Assembly (NCBI GenBank): GCA_037444445.1
Contig: JBBIMK010000019.1
Coordinates: forward strand, 5,573-37,572
Direction of reading: 5' to 3'
Length of the DNA: 32,000 nt
Source: a bacterium
GTDB lineage: Bacteria > UBP7 > UBA6624 > JBBIMK01
Shown piece after piece: positions 1 through 8,392 of this stretch. Below the pieces are notes generated by a model. That model was given only the letters and a program-made list of their open reading frames with translations. It had not been told where the DNA came from and ran no database searches. A program made the translations under genes and the position numbers. Numbering within the stretch: position 1 is the stretch's first letter; every line of letters starts with the position of its first letter.

Positions 1-1443
1 ATCGTCCACTTCCAGCGGGACGATGATGGCCGAGCGGGTCAGATATTGGGGATTTGCCAGCCGCTGAAATAGAGGGTCGGATTGCACATCCCGTATCAAA
101 AGAGGCTTTTTGTTCTGGAACACCCATCCGGCAATCCCTTCTCCAGGGTGGAGTTTCGCCTCTCGGGCCGCCTCCGGGCTCATCCCGGCACTGGCTTTCA
201 CCTTCAGGTAGCCATCGTCATCCAACAGCATCACGGACCCCCGCCGAGTCTTCAATCCATCCGTCACCGCCAGGATGATGGAATTCAAAGTCTTCTGCAG
301 GTCTAAAGTTGAAGAGACCAGTTGAGAAGTTTGATGCAGGATGGACACTTCGGTAATCCGTCTGTGGAAACTCTCCGTAGTGTATAGGTTTTCCATAGAC
401 AGAGCCACCTGGCGGATAAAAGTGGTAATAACCTGGAGATGGCCAGGCAGGAAGGAGCGATTGCTTTCAGGGTTGTCCATATAAACGACGCCGAAGACTT
501 TTCTCATAGAACAGCGGATGAAATCTGCCTCGTAGATTTTGGAAAAGCCTACATGAACAAGGGTGCGCTCGGGCAAGAACTGGAGGGCGCAGCACCGTGG
601 AGTTCCACAAACCTCGGGTGTTCGGCACGGAATCTCGGCGGTCAGGTCCACCGGTATGGCGATGCCCTCCTTCGTCGGGTGAACAATGGACTCAAAAATC
701 CCTTCGGGGGGCAACTCCGAGCCTTGCACACATTTCCCTTCCGGGTTCAGTACAGCAGTGGAGAGCAGGCGTCCCTCCTGCAAAGGAATATGGAGTGAAG
801 AGAACAGACCCGCAGAAAACCCCCGGCAAGCCACCGGAAGAAGTTCCTTCAAATCACTGGAGAAACGGAAGAAAAAGAGTCGCTCCGCGGAAGTCAGACG
901 GGTGAAATGAAGAAGGGATACCTCCGCCAGTGCTTCCACAGATTGAACTGTGGTGAGGCTACCCACAAACTTTCCATAAGTCCGCATCTGTTGGAGAGAT
1001 GCATCCAGTTGTGCCTGCATTTCCTGGAGGAGGCCGTAAGGGTATTCCTCGGCAGGAGCGGTGGGAAGAACGGGTGAGGGAGGCAACAGGTCCAGAATTT
1101 GAAAGAAACTGGGCAGGTCAAAGGGCTTCACCAAATAGGCATCGGCCCCCGTATCCATCTCCGATAGCCGCCTTTTCTCTTCCTCATTTTGAACAATCAG
1201 CACCACAGGAATGGCTTTCCACTGGAGGTTGTTTTTCAGGAGGCGGGCGAAGGAGCCCCCTTCCAGCCTCGGAAGTTGATGCTCAAGGATTAATGCAGAG
1301 CATCCCTTCTCCCGGAGAAGTCGGTAAGCCTCCAACACATCCGTGGCGCGCGCAAACTCATAACCCTTTAAGGATACCGCCTGCTCCAGGAACTGGGCAA
1401 AGGTATCATCGGGTGTAGTAAAGATTAGTCGCCGAGTTTCCAT
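1..1443 (-). CDS. Response-regulator receiver domain fused to tandem GAF domains (partial; the C-terminal part lies beyond the left edge of the window)
   Basis: Absent from the ORF track because it runs off the window. My minus-strand translation from ATG 1443..1441 reads METRRLIFTTPDDTFAQFLEQAVSLKGYEFARATDVLEAYRLLREKGCSALILEHQLPRLEGGSFARLL...IPVVLIVQNEEE...GADAYLVKPFDL, a CheY-like receiver. A divergent GAF-like block follows, then a canonical GAF block (...LHQTSQLVSSTLDLQKTLNSIILAVTDGLKTRRGSVMLLDDDGYLKVKASAGMSPEAAREAKLHPGEGIAGWVFQNKKPLLIRDV...). The frame is open to base 1. The start overlaps the stop of the upstream HAD gene by 19 nt. The + strand ORFs listed at 54-1418 are Pro/Arg/Gly-rich antisense shadows. 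Confidence 0.8.
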   Translation of the reverse strand, partial: METRRLIFTTPDDTFAQFLEQAVSLKGYEFARATDVLEAYRLLREKGCSALILEHQLPRLEGGSFARLLKNNLQWKAIPVVLIVQNEEEKRRLSEMDTGADAYLVKPFDLPSFFQILDLLPPSPVLPTAPAEEYPYGLLQEMQAQLDASLQQMRTYGKFVGSLTTVQSVEALAEVSLLHFTRLTSAERLFFFRFSSDLKELLPVACRGFSAGLFSSLHIPLQEGRLLSTAVLNPEGKCVQGSELPPEGIFESIVHPTKEGIAIPVDLTAEIPCRTPEVCGTPRCCALQFLPERTLVHVGFSKIYEADFIRCSMRKVFGVVYMDNPESNRSFLPGHLQVITTFIRQVALSMENLYTTESFHRRITEVSILHQTSQLVSSTLDLQKTLNSIILAVTDGLKTRRGSVMLLDDDGYLKVKASAGMSPEAAREAKLHPGEGIAGWVFQNKKPLLIRDVQSDPLFQRLANPQYLTRSAIIVPLEVDD

Positions 1444-1925
1444 AACCGTGTCAGCCAACCTTCCAGCCGGCGGGCGAACCATCGGGTAATAAAAAACTCC
1501 CGGGGTGAAATCGGCCGCACCCAGGCTGTCCGAACTTTCACCAGCTTCCCCAGTAGGATGTCCGTCAGTAACTGGTCCCCGACGAAAATGACTTTCTCTC
1601 GGGGCAAGCGGAGCAGACGCAAGGCTTTCCAGGTGGCGAAGGGAACGGGCTTTAATGCCAAACGAACCGCTGGCACTCCTAATTTTTCTGCCAGGTCCCT
1701 CAAACGAGCCCAGGGTGAGTTGGAAATAAGAACCATTTTCACGCCTTCTGCCTGGGTTCTTCTCACCCAGTTTTCTACCTCTTTGCTGAAAGAATTCCCG
1801 CCCCACGGCAGTAGGGTATTATCCAGGTCCACCAGCAACCCTTCCACCTTCTGCTCCCTCAGCAGAACAGGCGTAATCTCCGACACACTATTCAGCACAA
1901 AATCTGGCTTCAAAAAATCCAGCAT
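1425..1925 (-). CDS. yqeG: HAD superfamily subfamily IIIA phosphatase, YqeG family
   Basis: 166 aa. HAD motif I is LLVDLDNTLLPW (DxDxT), motif II is VLISNS, and motifs III/IV are K...FVGDQLLTDILLG. The overall layout and the C-terminal FITRWFARRLE match my recollection of Bacillus YqeG (ITDLDNTLVEW ... IGDQLLTDVLGG ... FITRFNRQVERR). Confidence 0.85.
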   Translation of the reverse strand: MLDFLKPDFVLNSVSEITPVLLREQKVEGLLVDLDNTLLPWGGNSFSKEVENWVRRTQAEGVKMVLISNSPWARLRDLAEKLGVPAVRLALKPVPFATWKALRLLRLPREKVIFVGDQLLTDILLGKLVKVRTAWVRPISPREFFITRWFARRLEGWLTRLWKLGD

Positions 1926-1996
1926 CCCATCTTCCTTTACTTTAATTATACCCCAAAACCACTCTCCTATAGCTTCCCCCGTAGATGGATTTGAAG

Positions 1997-2965
1997 TTAA
2001 TGCCTGCCTCCGAAATTCTTTTTATACTGAAGGTGCTGGGCATAAGAGGAGGAGAAAGTGTGGGAGCCGTTGCCCGTGAGGACGAAATAAAGATAAGAAG
2101 TGTTAGCTGGATAGAAAGCAGCCCACAGAGAACTGGCTCCCGGATTCCCGATGGCTCCCGGAGGTAAGCCGTAATACCGGTAGGTGTTATAAGGGCTGTC
2201 CACCTGTAGGTCCTCGTAAGACAGAGCCGACCACTTGTTCAGGGCGAAAGCCACGGTGGCATCAATCTCCAACTTCATTCCCCTTTTCAGACGATTGTAG
2301 ATAACGGAAGCCACCAGAGGACGTTCTTCCTGTTTCTGCACTTCCCTTTCTATCAGTGAGGCGATAATCACGATTTCCAGGATGGAGCGATGAAGTTGCT
2401 TTGCCCTCTGCTCCGCATCCGGGGGCAGATGCTTCAGAAACTCTCTCAGCAGGGTTCCGATAACCTCTTCCGCCGGTAGTCCGGGAGCAAAGGAATAGGT
2501 GTCCGGGAAGAGGAATCCCTCCAGAGTGTTTCCTGCGTAAGGGAACCAGGGAAACCGAGAGGGCTCTACCACTGCTTTCAGGAAGGCTTTTCTGGATGTG
2601 ATTTGCTGGCTTTCCAGTAAGGTGGCCATCTCCTCTGCCGTCATTCCCTCGGTGAAGGTGATACGAACCAATTCCTCTTTGGCTCCGGAAAGGAGTTTTT
2701 GAAACACTTCCACCAGGGATTCTCTCCCGTGGAGCATATACCGGCCAGCCAGCAGACGATTTTCTCGCCTCGTGAGTTTCAGGATGCCCGCCAGAACTGT
2801 GGGATTCAGCACAACCCTTTGCTCATTCAAGCGATGGACGATGTCCGTGGCAGATTCACCTCGGTGTATCGTAAATTCTGATGAGGGGCGGGGAAATGGA
2901 AAGAGGGAAAAGAGGACCGCCAGAACGAATAACCCCACCAAAACCAGGGTTTCATCCTTTCCCAT
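1997..2965 (-). CDS. mltG: Endolytic murein transglycosylase MltG (YceG-like family)
   Basis: 322 aa. It has an N-terminal TM helix (LVLVGLFVLAVLFSLF) followed by a YceG domain. Hallmark segments are IIASLIEREV, VIYNRLKRGMKLEIDATV, SPYNTYRYYGLPPGAIGNPG and SYLYFVLTGNGSHTFS. Confidence 0.93.
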   Translation of the reverse strand: MGKDETLVLVGLFVLAVLFSLFPFPRPSSEFTIHRGESATDIVHRLNEQRVVLNPTVLAGILKLTRRENRLLAGRYMLHGRESLVEVFQKLLSGAKEELVRITFTEGMTAEEMATLLESQQITSRKAFLKAVVEPSRFPWFPYAGNTLEGFLFPDTYSFAPGLPAEEVIGTLLREFLKHLPPDAEQRAKQLHRSILEIVIIASLIEREVQKQEERPLVASVIYNRLKRGMKLEIDATVAFALNKWSALSYEDLQVDSPYNTYRYYGLPPGAIGNPGASSLWAAFYPANTSYLYFVLTGNGSHTFSSSYAQHLQYKKNFGGRH

Positions 2966-3155
2966 CGGAATTTATCCCCTTCTTCCAGTCATCCGCACAG
3001 GGGTGAAGAAGCCCGCCTCCCCCAAAAATTCTCACGCACTGCCCACCCCGCTGAAATATAACGAGGCTTTCTTTCAACCCCTATGTATGAAACTACTACC
3101 AGCGGAAATCCATTCACTTCAGACATCTTGAGGCTGGCCACTTACGCGGGTTTGC

Positions 3156-3695
3156 TCAAGTGGCAGAGATGAGACCATAGTTCCCGTCGTTCCGACAGTA
3201 CAGCACGCTGACCTGAAGGTCTTCCGAGTTTATAAAAACGAAGAAAGAATGCCCCAGAAGTTCCATCTGGAGGATGGCTTCGTCCGGGCTCATAGGCTTG
3301 AGTTCCACCAATTTTCTTCGCACGATGCGAGGAGAACCGGGAATGGAAGGCCCCGGTGTGGCAGTTTCGGCGCGGGCAACTACCCGTGGCTCGCCCGGCT
3401 TTCGGGGTTTATCTTCCTTCAGCGTTTTATACCGCTTCACCTGCCGCTCCAGTTTCTCCATCAAGACATCAATCACCTGAAATGCCCCATCCCCGATTTC
3501 TTCTGCGCGGATGATGTTGCCGGGAACTTTTAAAGTAACCTGGGCCCGGAATCCTGCCTTCTCATCCGATAATTCCACATCCGCACTCAGGATTCGCTGG
3601 TAGAATCGCCCGAGTTTTTGCACCTTCTTCCCTACATACTCTCGGATTTCCGCAGGAATATCGCCATTTTTTCTCTGTATACTCACCTGCATCAT
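3156..3695 (-). CDS. hpf: Ribosome hibernation promoting factor, long form (HPF/RaiA family)
   Basis: The N-terminal S30AE domain is MMQVSIQRKNGDIPAEIREYVGKKVQKLGRFY...VELSDEK...VTLKVPGNIIRAEE...AFQVIDVLMEKLERQVKRYK. A linker follows, then the C-terminal dimerisation domain (IVRRKLVELKPMSPDEAILQMELLGHSFFVFINSE...VSVLYCRNDGNYGLI). I moved the start to ATG 3695 because a GGGGG Shine-Dalgarno lies 5-6 nt upstream. The track ORF starts at GTG 3701. Confidence 0.92.
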   Translation of the reverse strand: MMQVSIQRKNGDIPAEIREYVGKKVQKLGRFYQRILSADVELSDEKAGFRAQVTLKVPGNIIRAEEIGDGAFQVIDVLMEKLERQVKRYKTLKEDKPRKPGEPRVVARAETATPGPSIPGSPRIVRRKLVELKPMSPDEAILQMELLGHSFFVFINSEDLQVSVLYCRNDGNYGLISAT

Positions 3696-3721
3696 TATCA
3701 CCCCCTGTCGGGCATATTCTT

Positions 3722-3750
3722 ATTGTATGAGATAACCGGCAGGCTGTCAA
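3722..3750 (-). promoter_or_regulatory. Sigma-70-type promoter upstream of hpf (TTGACA - 17 nt - TACAAT)
   Basis: The minus strand reads TTGACAgcctgccggttatctcaTACAAT, with the -35 at 3750..3745 and the -10 at 3727..3722. The -35 is a perfect consensus, the spacer is 17 nt, and the -10 lies about 27 nt upstream of the hpf ATG. Sequence match only. Confidence 0.5.
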
Positions 3751-3992
3751 GAAAGGAGGATTAGGAAAACAGGTTTTGCGGGCTTGGAGGAACCCTGTTT
3801 CTCACTGACTCGGCGAATTCTACAACCTGTTCAGGCAAAACCTATCCTCCAATTCTGAGGTTGTTAGGGTAGTGATGTTCGTGTGGAGATTGTCTCTCCG
3901 GGGGAAAGAGGCAGGGTGAGAGGGAAACCATCGTTTTTAAGCGGGAAACACCTTGAACTGTGGCCGTTCGCATCCCCTTCACCTCCCGTAAC

Positions 3993-4021
3993 TTGCAACC
4001 TGTCTGTTGATATGTTATATT
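3993..4021 (+). promoter_or_regulatory. Sigma-70-type promoter upstream of the Big_2/NHL lipoprotein gene (TTGCAA - 17 nt - TATATT)
   Basis: TTGCAA at 3993-3998, a 17-nt spacer at 3999-4015, and TATATT at 4016-4021. This lies 30 nt upstream of ATG 4051, which has a GGAGGTG Shine-Dalgarno at 4038-4044. Sequence match only. Confidence 0.45.
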
Positions 4022-4050
4022 ACCATATCAGTAAGGATGGAGGTGAGTTT

Positions 4051-5538
4051 ATGAAGAAACGATTTTTGTTTTACGGCGTAGCAGGTGCTTTCTTGGTTCT
4101 CTACCTGGTGGGATGCCAGGGGGAAGATACCCGGATTCTGCCGGTGGAGGGTGGGCTGATAAATAACCCGGGGAAGAAACCTCCTGTGGGTGAAGTCAGC
4201 GTCGCCGTGAATCCCCCCATTGCGAGCGTCCTCACGGGCGATACTCTCCAGTTCTCCGCATCAGTATCCGGAACGGAGGACCAGCGGGTGACCTGGAGCG
4301 TGGTGGAAGGTCCCTCCTGCGGGTCTATCACATCTGGAGGGCTTTACACCGCTCCTTCTACGGCGCCGGAGAGTGGGAAGTGCCACATCAGAGCCACCAG
4401 TGTGGCAGACCCCTCCCAATCCGCCACCGCTGAAATTACCATCACTTCTTCCGTTGTGGGCTGCGTCGCCCCCACCATTCCCGGCTTCTCTGGATATGTG
4501 GACATCTTCAGTGGAAATTCAGGCCAGGTGGATGGTCCCATTGGACCCAACGGAACGGCAGAGATTGATATTCACCACGCCACGGGAATAGTGGACGATG
4601 GCAGGAACCACTTCTTTATTCCAGATAGCAATGGCGGAGTCCGCAAGATTGACCTGAATGTAACTCCCGGGCAAATGACCACGGTGATTAACGCATCTGA
4701 CTGGTCAAATGGTGGAGGAACTGGCTCGGTTACCGGTATTGCCCTCCTGCCCAATGGTGACATCCTCGTCTCCGATGGAGGTGTGTCAGTCATCTGGCGA
4801 GTAACGCAATCCGGGCAAATGTCCCTCTTTGCCGGGGAGTATGATACTTCCGGCTATCAGGATGGTCCCGCCACTGGCGGAGGCGAAGGTAATGCTCTCT
4901 TCAACCTGGATGAGGCTGGGCTTACCGTGGGTCCCAACGGTGAGGTCTATGTGGCAGACGATGAGAACTGCGCCATTCGCAAAATCAGCAACGGGCAGGT
5001 CTCCACCGTTGCCATTACCCCGAATTCCCTTAACGCAAACTGTCCCGTTGTAACCCCTTCCCCGGGTGCTATCGTCACAGACCTGTTAGTGAATCCAACA
5101 GGCGTGGCGGTGGACTGCAATGGCAACATCCTGGTGGCGGCTGCATCAGCGAACCGTGTCTTACGGGTTATCCTTACCGGTCCGAATGCAGGGCAGGTCG
5201 TCACTGTGGCTGGCACCGGGGCAGGCGATGATTCAACGGATAACACTGACCCGCTTCAGGCAGATTTTTGCTACCCGATTGCCATCTCCGTGGACCGGGA
5301 TAACAACATTATCGTCAGCGACCACTGTGGCACCTTCCGTCGGATAGCCGCGGGGCAGAATATTCCAGGCGCCGATGGCACAGCCCCCAATGGCGAGGTC
5401 ACTTCTCCGCTGGGCTATAATCAGCCCGGTTCTCCACTGGAGTATATTGCTTTCACGAAGGATGGCAATCCGGTTCTGGTCATAAACGCTCAGCGGATTG
5501 CCCTGACCTATGTGGGGTCGCCCCCGCCGGGGTATTAA
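4051..5538 (+). CDS. Lipoprotein with a bacterial Ig-like (Big_2) domain and an NHL-type beta-propeller repeat region
   Basis: I trimmed the start from the track ORF (3883) to ATG 4051, which has a strong SD. This gives MKKRFLFYGVAGAFLVLYLVGCQGE, a signal peptide with lipobox LVGC. The Big_2-like block is VAVNPPIASVLTGDTLQFSASVSGTEDQRVTWSVVEG...IRATSVADPSQSATAEITIT. Repeated NHL-like blades are GIALLPNGDILVSDGGVSVIWRV, LTVGPNGEVYVADDENCAIRKI, GVAVDCNGNILVAAASANRVLRV and IAISVDRDNNIIVSDHCGTFRRI. Confidence 0.8.
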   Translation: MKKRFLFYGVAGAFLVLYLVGCQGEDTRILPVEGGLINNPGKKPPVGEVSVAVNPPIASVLTGDTLQFSASVSGTEDQRVTWSVVEGPSCGSITSGGLYTAPSTAPESGKCHIRATSVADPSQSATAEITITSSVVGCVAPTIPGFSGYVDIFSGNSGQVDGPIGPNGTAEIDIHHATGIVDDGRNHFFIPDSNGGVRKIDLNVTPGQMTTVINASDWSNGGGTGSVTGIALLPNGDILVSDGGVSVIWRVTQSGQMSLFAGEYDTSGYQDGPATGGGEGNALFNLDEAGLTVGPNGEVYVADDENCAIRKISNGQVSTVAITPNSLNANCPVVTPSPGAIVTDLLVNPTGVAVDCNGNILVAAASANRVLRVILTGPNAGQVVTVAGTGAGDDSTDNTDPLQADFCYPIAISVDRDNNIIVSDHCGTFRRIAAGQNIPGADGTAPNGEVTSPLGYNQPGSPLEYIAFTKDGNPVLVINAQRIALTYVGSPPPGY

Positions 5539-5557
5539 AACAAGGAGGAGAGGAGAA

Positions 5558-6283
5558 ATGATAAAAAGGAAAATTATTCTCTGGGTCGGGATACTTCTGA
5601 TAAGCGGGGTGATGGCGGCCTCACGGGCTTTCGGGGCGTCCCTCGTTCAGCCGGGCTTCGGCAACGGCTTCATCAACACGCCCATAGCGTGGAACTCTGC
5701 CCACGGCTGGGCTATCGGAATCTATGATGCCACCGCAGGAGGGCTGTTAGCGGATTCCATTAAACTGGCTGGCTCTTACTCCTACGAAGATTTAGAATTC
5801 TCTGCCGGCCTTGTGGACTACGGCGATAAGAACGATACCTTCCTTCTGGGCATCTCGGGTCGGTATAACTTCCACGCATCGGAGACAGGGTTTTATGCCA
5901 CTGTCCTGGCGGGCTTACAGAGGAACCGGAATGATGTGGCGGATAATTCTACCGCTCTGGGCGCTCTGCTTTTTGGGCAGAAGTTCCGGGGTGGCGGCGT
6001 TTCCCTCGGCGCCTTCCTCTGGAGCGATGCCGGTGTGGATAACGCTGGAAATGAAGTGAACACGGACTTTGAAGCCACCGGCAATATCTACTACGACTTC
6101 AGCGATACCTGGAGCATCTTTGGTGAAGGCTATTCCTTCGCCGATGCAGATAAAGCGGGCTGGGCATTTGGCCTCCTCTACAAATTCCACGACAACATTA
6201 CGGGCATGCTGGCGGTCTCCGGCGCCAGCGACCCGGTGGACGACAGCCAGATTCAGTTGGGAGTGAACTTCCGCCTTCAATAA
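5558..6283 (+). CDS. Secreted protein, putative small outer-membrane beta-barrel (hypothetical)
   Basis: I trimmed the start to ATG 5558, which has an AGGAGGAG SD at about 5543-5553. This gives MIKRKIILWVGILLISGVMAASRAFGA, a signal peptide with an AFG-A cleavage site. The remainder is Gly/aromatic-rich with alternating-polarity strands (FLLGISGRYNF, FYATVLAGLQ, WAFGLLYKF, IQLGVNFRLQ at the C-terminus). It starts 20 nt after the lipoprotein gene. The fold assignment is inference only. Confidence 0.6.
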   Translation: MIKRKIILWVGILLISGVMAASRAFGASLVQPGFGNGFINTPIAWNSAHGWAIGIYDATAGGLLADSIKLAGSYSYEDLEFSAGLVDYGDKNDTFLLGISGRYNFHASETGFYATVLAGLQRNRNDVADNSTALGALLFGQKFRGGGVSLGAFLWSDAGVDNAGNEVNTDFEATGNIYYDFSDTWSIFGEGYSFADADKAGWAFGLLYKFHDNITGMLAVSGASDPVDDSQIQLGVNFRLQ

Positions 6284-6384
6284 GGCTTCTGGATTGCTCC
6301 GCCAATAAATTGGCGTTAAATCTTTGAGCGGTGATAAATCCCCGCCTGCACAGGGTGCCGCACTCGGAAAGGGGTGAAGTATTT

Positions 6385-7710
6385 TCAGGCGGGTGGCGGG
6401 GCTTCCACAGGAGCCATCTCTTCCTCTTCCGGCGCCTCCACCACCAGTATTCCTTTATCCACGAGAAACTTCTCAATCAACAGGGCGTTTTCCTCACCCA
6501 CGCCCTCCAGTGCCGAGAGTTCAGAAATCGTGAAGCGGAACAAATCGCCCACCACATTCAACCCATTCTTTTTCAGGATTTCCACCACTCCTGCCGGAAG
6601 GTCTGTCTTCTCTAACTCCAGCGCTGGCAGGGCTTTAAATTCGCTTTCTTTGACGATGTCAATATACCAGCCGGTCAGTTTCCCCGCCAGGCGCACATTC
6701 TCCCCTTGCTTTCCGATAGCCTGGGAGTAAGCCTTATCCGGAACCTCCACAATCATCTTCCGCTTTCCGGGTTCCAGGTTGACGATATGCACCGCATTGA
6801 TGTCCTGGAGCTTGAGGGGGCTGAGAGCGTTACTGACGAACTTTTTCGGGTCATCATCGTAGTGAATCACATCAATGCGTTCACCGGAGAGCATACGGAC
6901 GATGGGGAGGATTCTTCTCCCTTCAGCGCCGATGCAGGCTCCCACCGGGTCCACATTCGGGTCTTTAGAAATCACCGCCACCTTCGCCCGAACACCGGGA
7001 GAACGAACGACCTTCTTCACTTCTACCAGCCCGTGACGCACTTCGGGAATTTCCCGCTCAAATAGCTTCTTCAGCAGGTCGGGATGGGTTCGGGAAACGC
7101 GAGCCAGCGGCACGCCCGTGGGAGTCTTGGTGATTTTCAACAGTAGCACTTCCAGTTCCTTTCCCCGCCGTAGTTTTTCATCACGGATTCGCTCCCGAAA
7201 TTCCAGAACCGCATCCAGTTTATTCAGGTCCAGCCACACATCACCCCGTTCATCCATTTTATAAATTTTCCCCGTGACCAATTCATTCTCCTTCACTTTC
7301 ATTTTTTGAAAGAGGTTTTCCCGCTCCCGATTGATGATGTTCTGCACGAATTCTTCCCCGGCTGCCTGGAGGGCGATTCGGCTGAAGTCCTTCAGCGAGA
7401 TTTCTTCCCGATAAAACTCGCCTGCGCCCGTATAAGGCTCTTTTTTCGTCGCTTCTTCCACCGAGATTTCCAGAACTGGATTCTCCACCTTCGGCACGAC
7501 GCGTTTCAAAAGATACATCCTGGCAATCCCTTTCTGCAAATCCAGTTCTACCCGAAGGTTCTCCGGCGGGCTTTCCAGATGCTTGTCCTTCATATAGCCC
7601 ACCTTCAGTGCGGATTCCAGCGCCGCCTCCAGTTCTCCCTTTTCCAGCGCCCGCTCCCGGGAAATCGTTTGAACCAATTCCACAATCTCTGCCTGCCGCT
7701 CTTCAGCCAT
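6385..7710 (-). CDS. nusA: Transcription termination/antitermination factor NusA
   Basis: 441 aa. It has an NusA N-terminal domain, an S1 region (GKIYKMDERGDVWLDLNKLDAVL), KH1/KH2 regions (SRTHPDLLKKLFEREIPEV, GVRAKVAVISKDPNVDPVGACIGAEGRRI, AIGKQGENVRLAGKLTGWYIDI) and a C-terminal HhH-like segment. It lies downstream of rimP as usual. Confidence 0.97.
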   Translation of the reverse strand: MAEERQAEIVELVQTISRERALEKGELEAALESALKVGYMKDKHLESPPENLRVELDLQKGIARMYLLKRVVPKVENPVLEISVEEATKKEPYTGAGEFYREEISLKDFSRIALQAAGEEFVQNIINRERENLFQKMKVKENELVTGKIYKMDERGDVWLDLNKLDAVLEFRERIRDEKLRRGKELEVLLLKITKTPTGVPLARVSRTHPDLLKKLFEREIPEVRHGLVEVKKVVRSPGVRAKVAVISKDPNVDPVGACIGAEGRRILPIVRMLSGERIDVIHYDDDPKKFVSNALSPLKLQDINAVHIVNLEPGKRKMIVEVPDKAYSQAIGKQGENVRLAGKLTGWYIDIVKESEFKALPALELEKTDLPAGVVEILKKNGLNVVGDLFRFTISELSALEGVGEENALLIEKFLVDKGILVVEAPEEEEMAPVEAPPPA

Positions 7711-7918
7711 CTATCTTCCCTGCCTTCATTGAAGGATTTTCAGTTCCTGCAAATTCTACTAATCCAATTGTAACACATCATCCTTTCTATGGACCCGGAA
7801 AACCCTCCTGTGCTCACCGCTTCTTGTGGCAAACATTCGCTTATTTGAATTCGCTCAGAATGGAAGATTCTACATTGGTTTTACATTCACCCATTCCGCA
7901 TTTATTCACTCCTGCACT

Positions 7919-8380
7919 CTAAAATTCTATCGCGGGCTCTATCCGAACGGATTGAATCACTTCCTCTGGAATAAAACGCTTTTCTCCCTCGGAAAACAGC
8001 AGTAGCACACCCTCCTGATACTCCCGGAGTTCCCCTTTATATATTTTCTCATTCTTCAAAATGACACGGACTTTATAGCCTTGATACCGGATGAAATGCT
8101 CTTTCTTTTTCAAAGCCCGGTCCACCCCAGGAGAGGAAACTTCCAGATGGTAGTCCCCTCCGAGGAGTTCTTCTATCATAGGTTCATTTCGGATGAGGTT
8201 ATTCACCTTCACACAATCCTCAATGCCCGTTTTCCCTTCTCTTTCAATAAACACCCGAACCTGGGGGTTCGTGGAGAGGATACCGGTGATGGAGATGTCC
8301 CACAATTCATACCCCCGTGAAGAAAGGATTTTTTCAATTCGCCACTCAATTTCCCGTTTTCTTTCCTCAATATGAGACAA
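7919..8380 (-). CDS. rimP: Ribosome maturation factor RimP
   Basis: 153 aa. It has the typical RimP layout: GYELWDISI..., VRVFIEREGK.GIEDCVKVN, the hallmark YHLEVSSPGVDRALKK, and a C-terminal Sm-like part (YKVRVIL...YKGEL). It sits upstream of nusA. Confidence 0.93.
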   Translation of the reverse strand: MSHIEERKREIEWRIEKILSSRGYELWDISITGILSTNPQVRVFIEREGKTGIEDCVKVNNLIRNEPMIEELLGGDYHLEVSSPGVDRALKKKEHFIRYQGYKVRVILKNEKIYKGELREYQEGVLLLFSEGEKRFIPEEVIQSVRIEPAIEF

Positions 8381-8392
8381 TTTCTCTCCTTT

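Noticed and set aside
54-1418. Several plus-strand ORFs (54-278, 82-306, 439-798, 597-905, 686-910, 999-1418) listed in the track
   Set aside because: Their products are Pro/Arg/Gly/Ser-rich with no motifs. They lie antisense to a continuous minus-strand frame encoding a clear receiver plus GAF protein, so they are shadow ORFs.
3883-4050. N-terminal 56-aa extension of the lipoprotein ORF (GTG 3883)
   Set aside because: The extension has no SD and would bury the signal peptide and lipobox internally. ATG 4051 has a GGAGGTG SD, and a TTGCAA-17-TATATT promoter lies inside the extension.
6300-6315. Hairpin CGCCAA-taaa-TTGGCG between the convergent barrel gene and nusA as an intrinsic terminator
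   Set aside because: It has only a 6-bp stem with modest GC and no clear U-tract on either strand. That is too weak to annotate as a feature.
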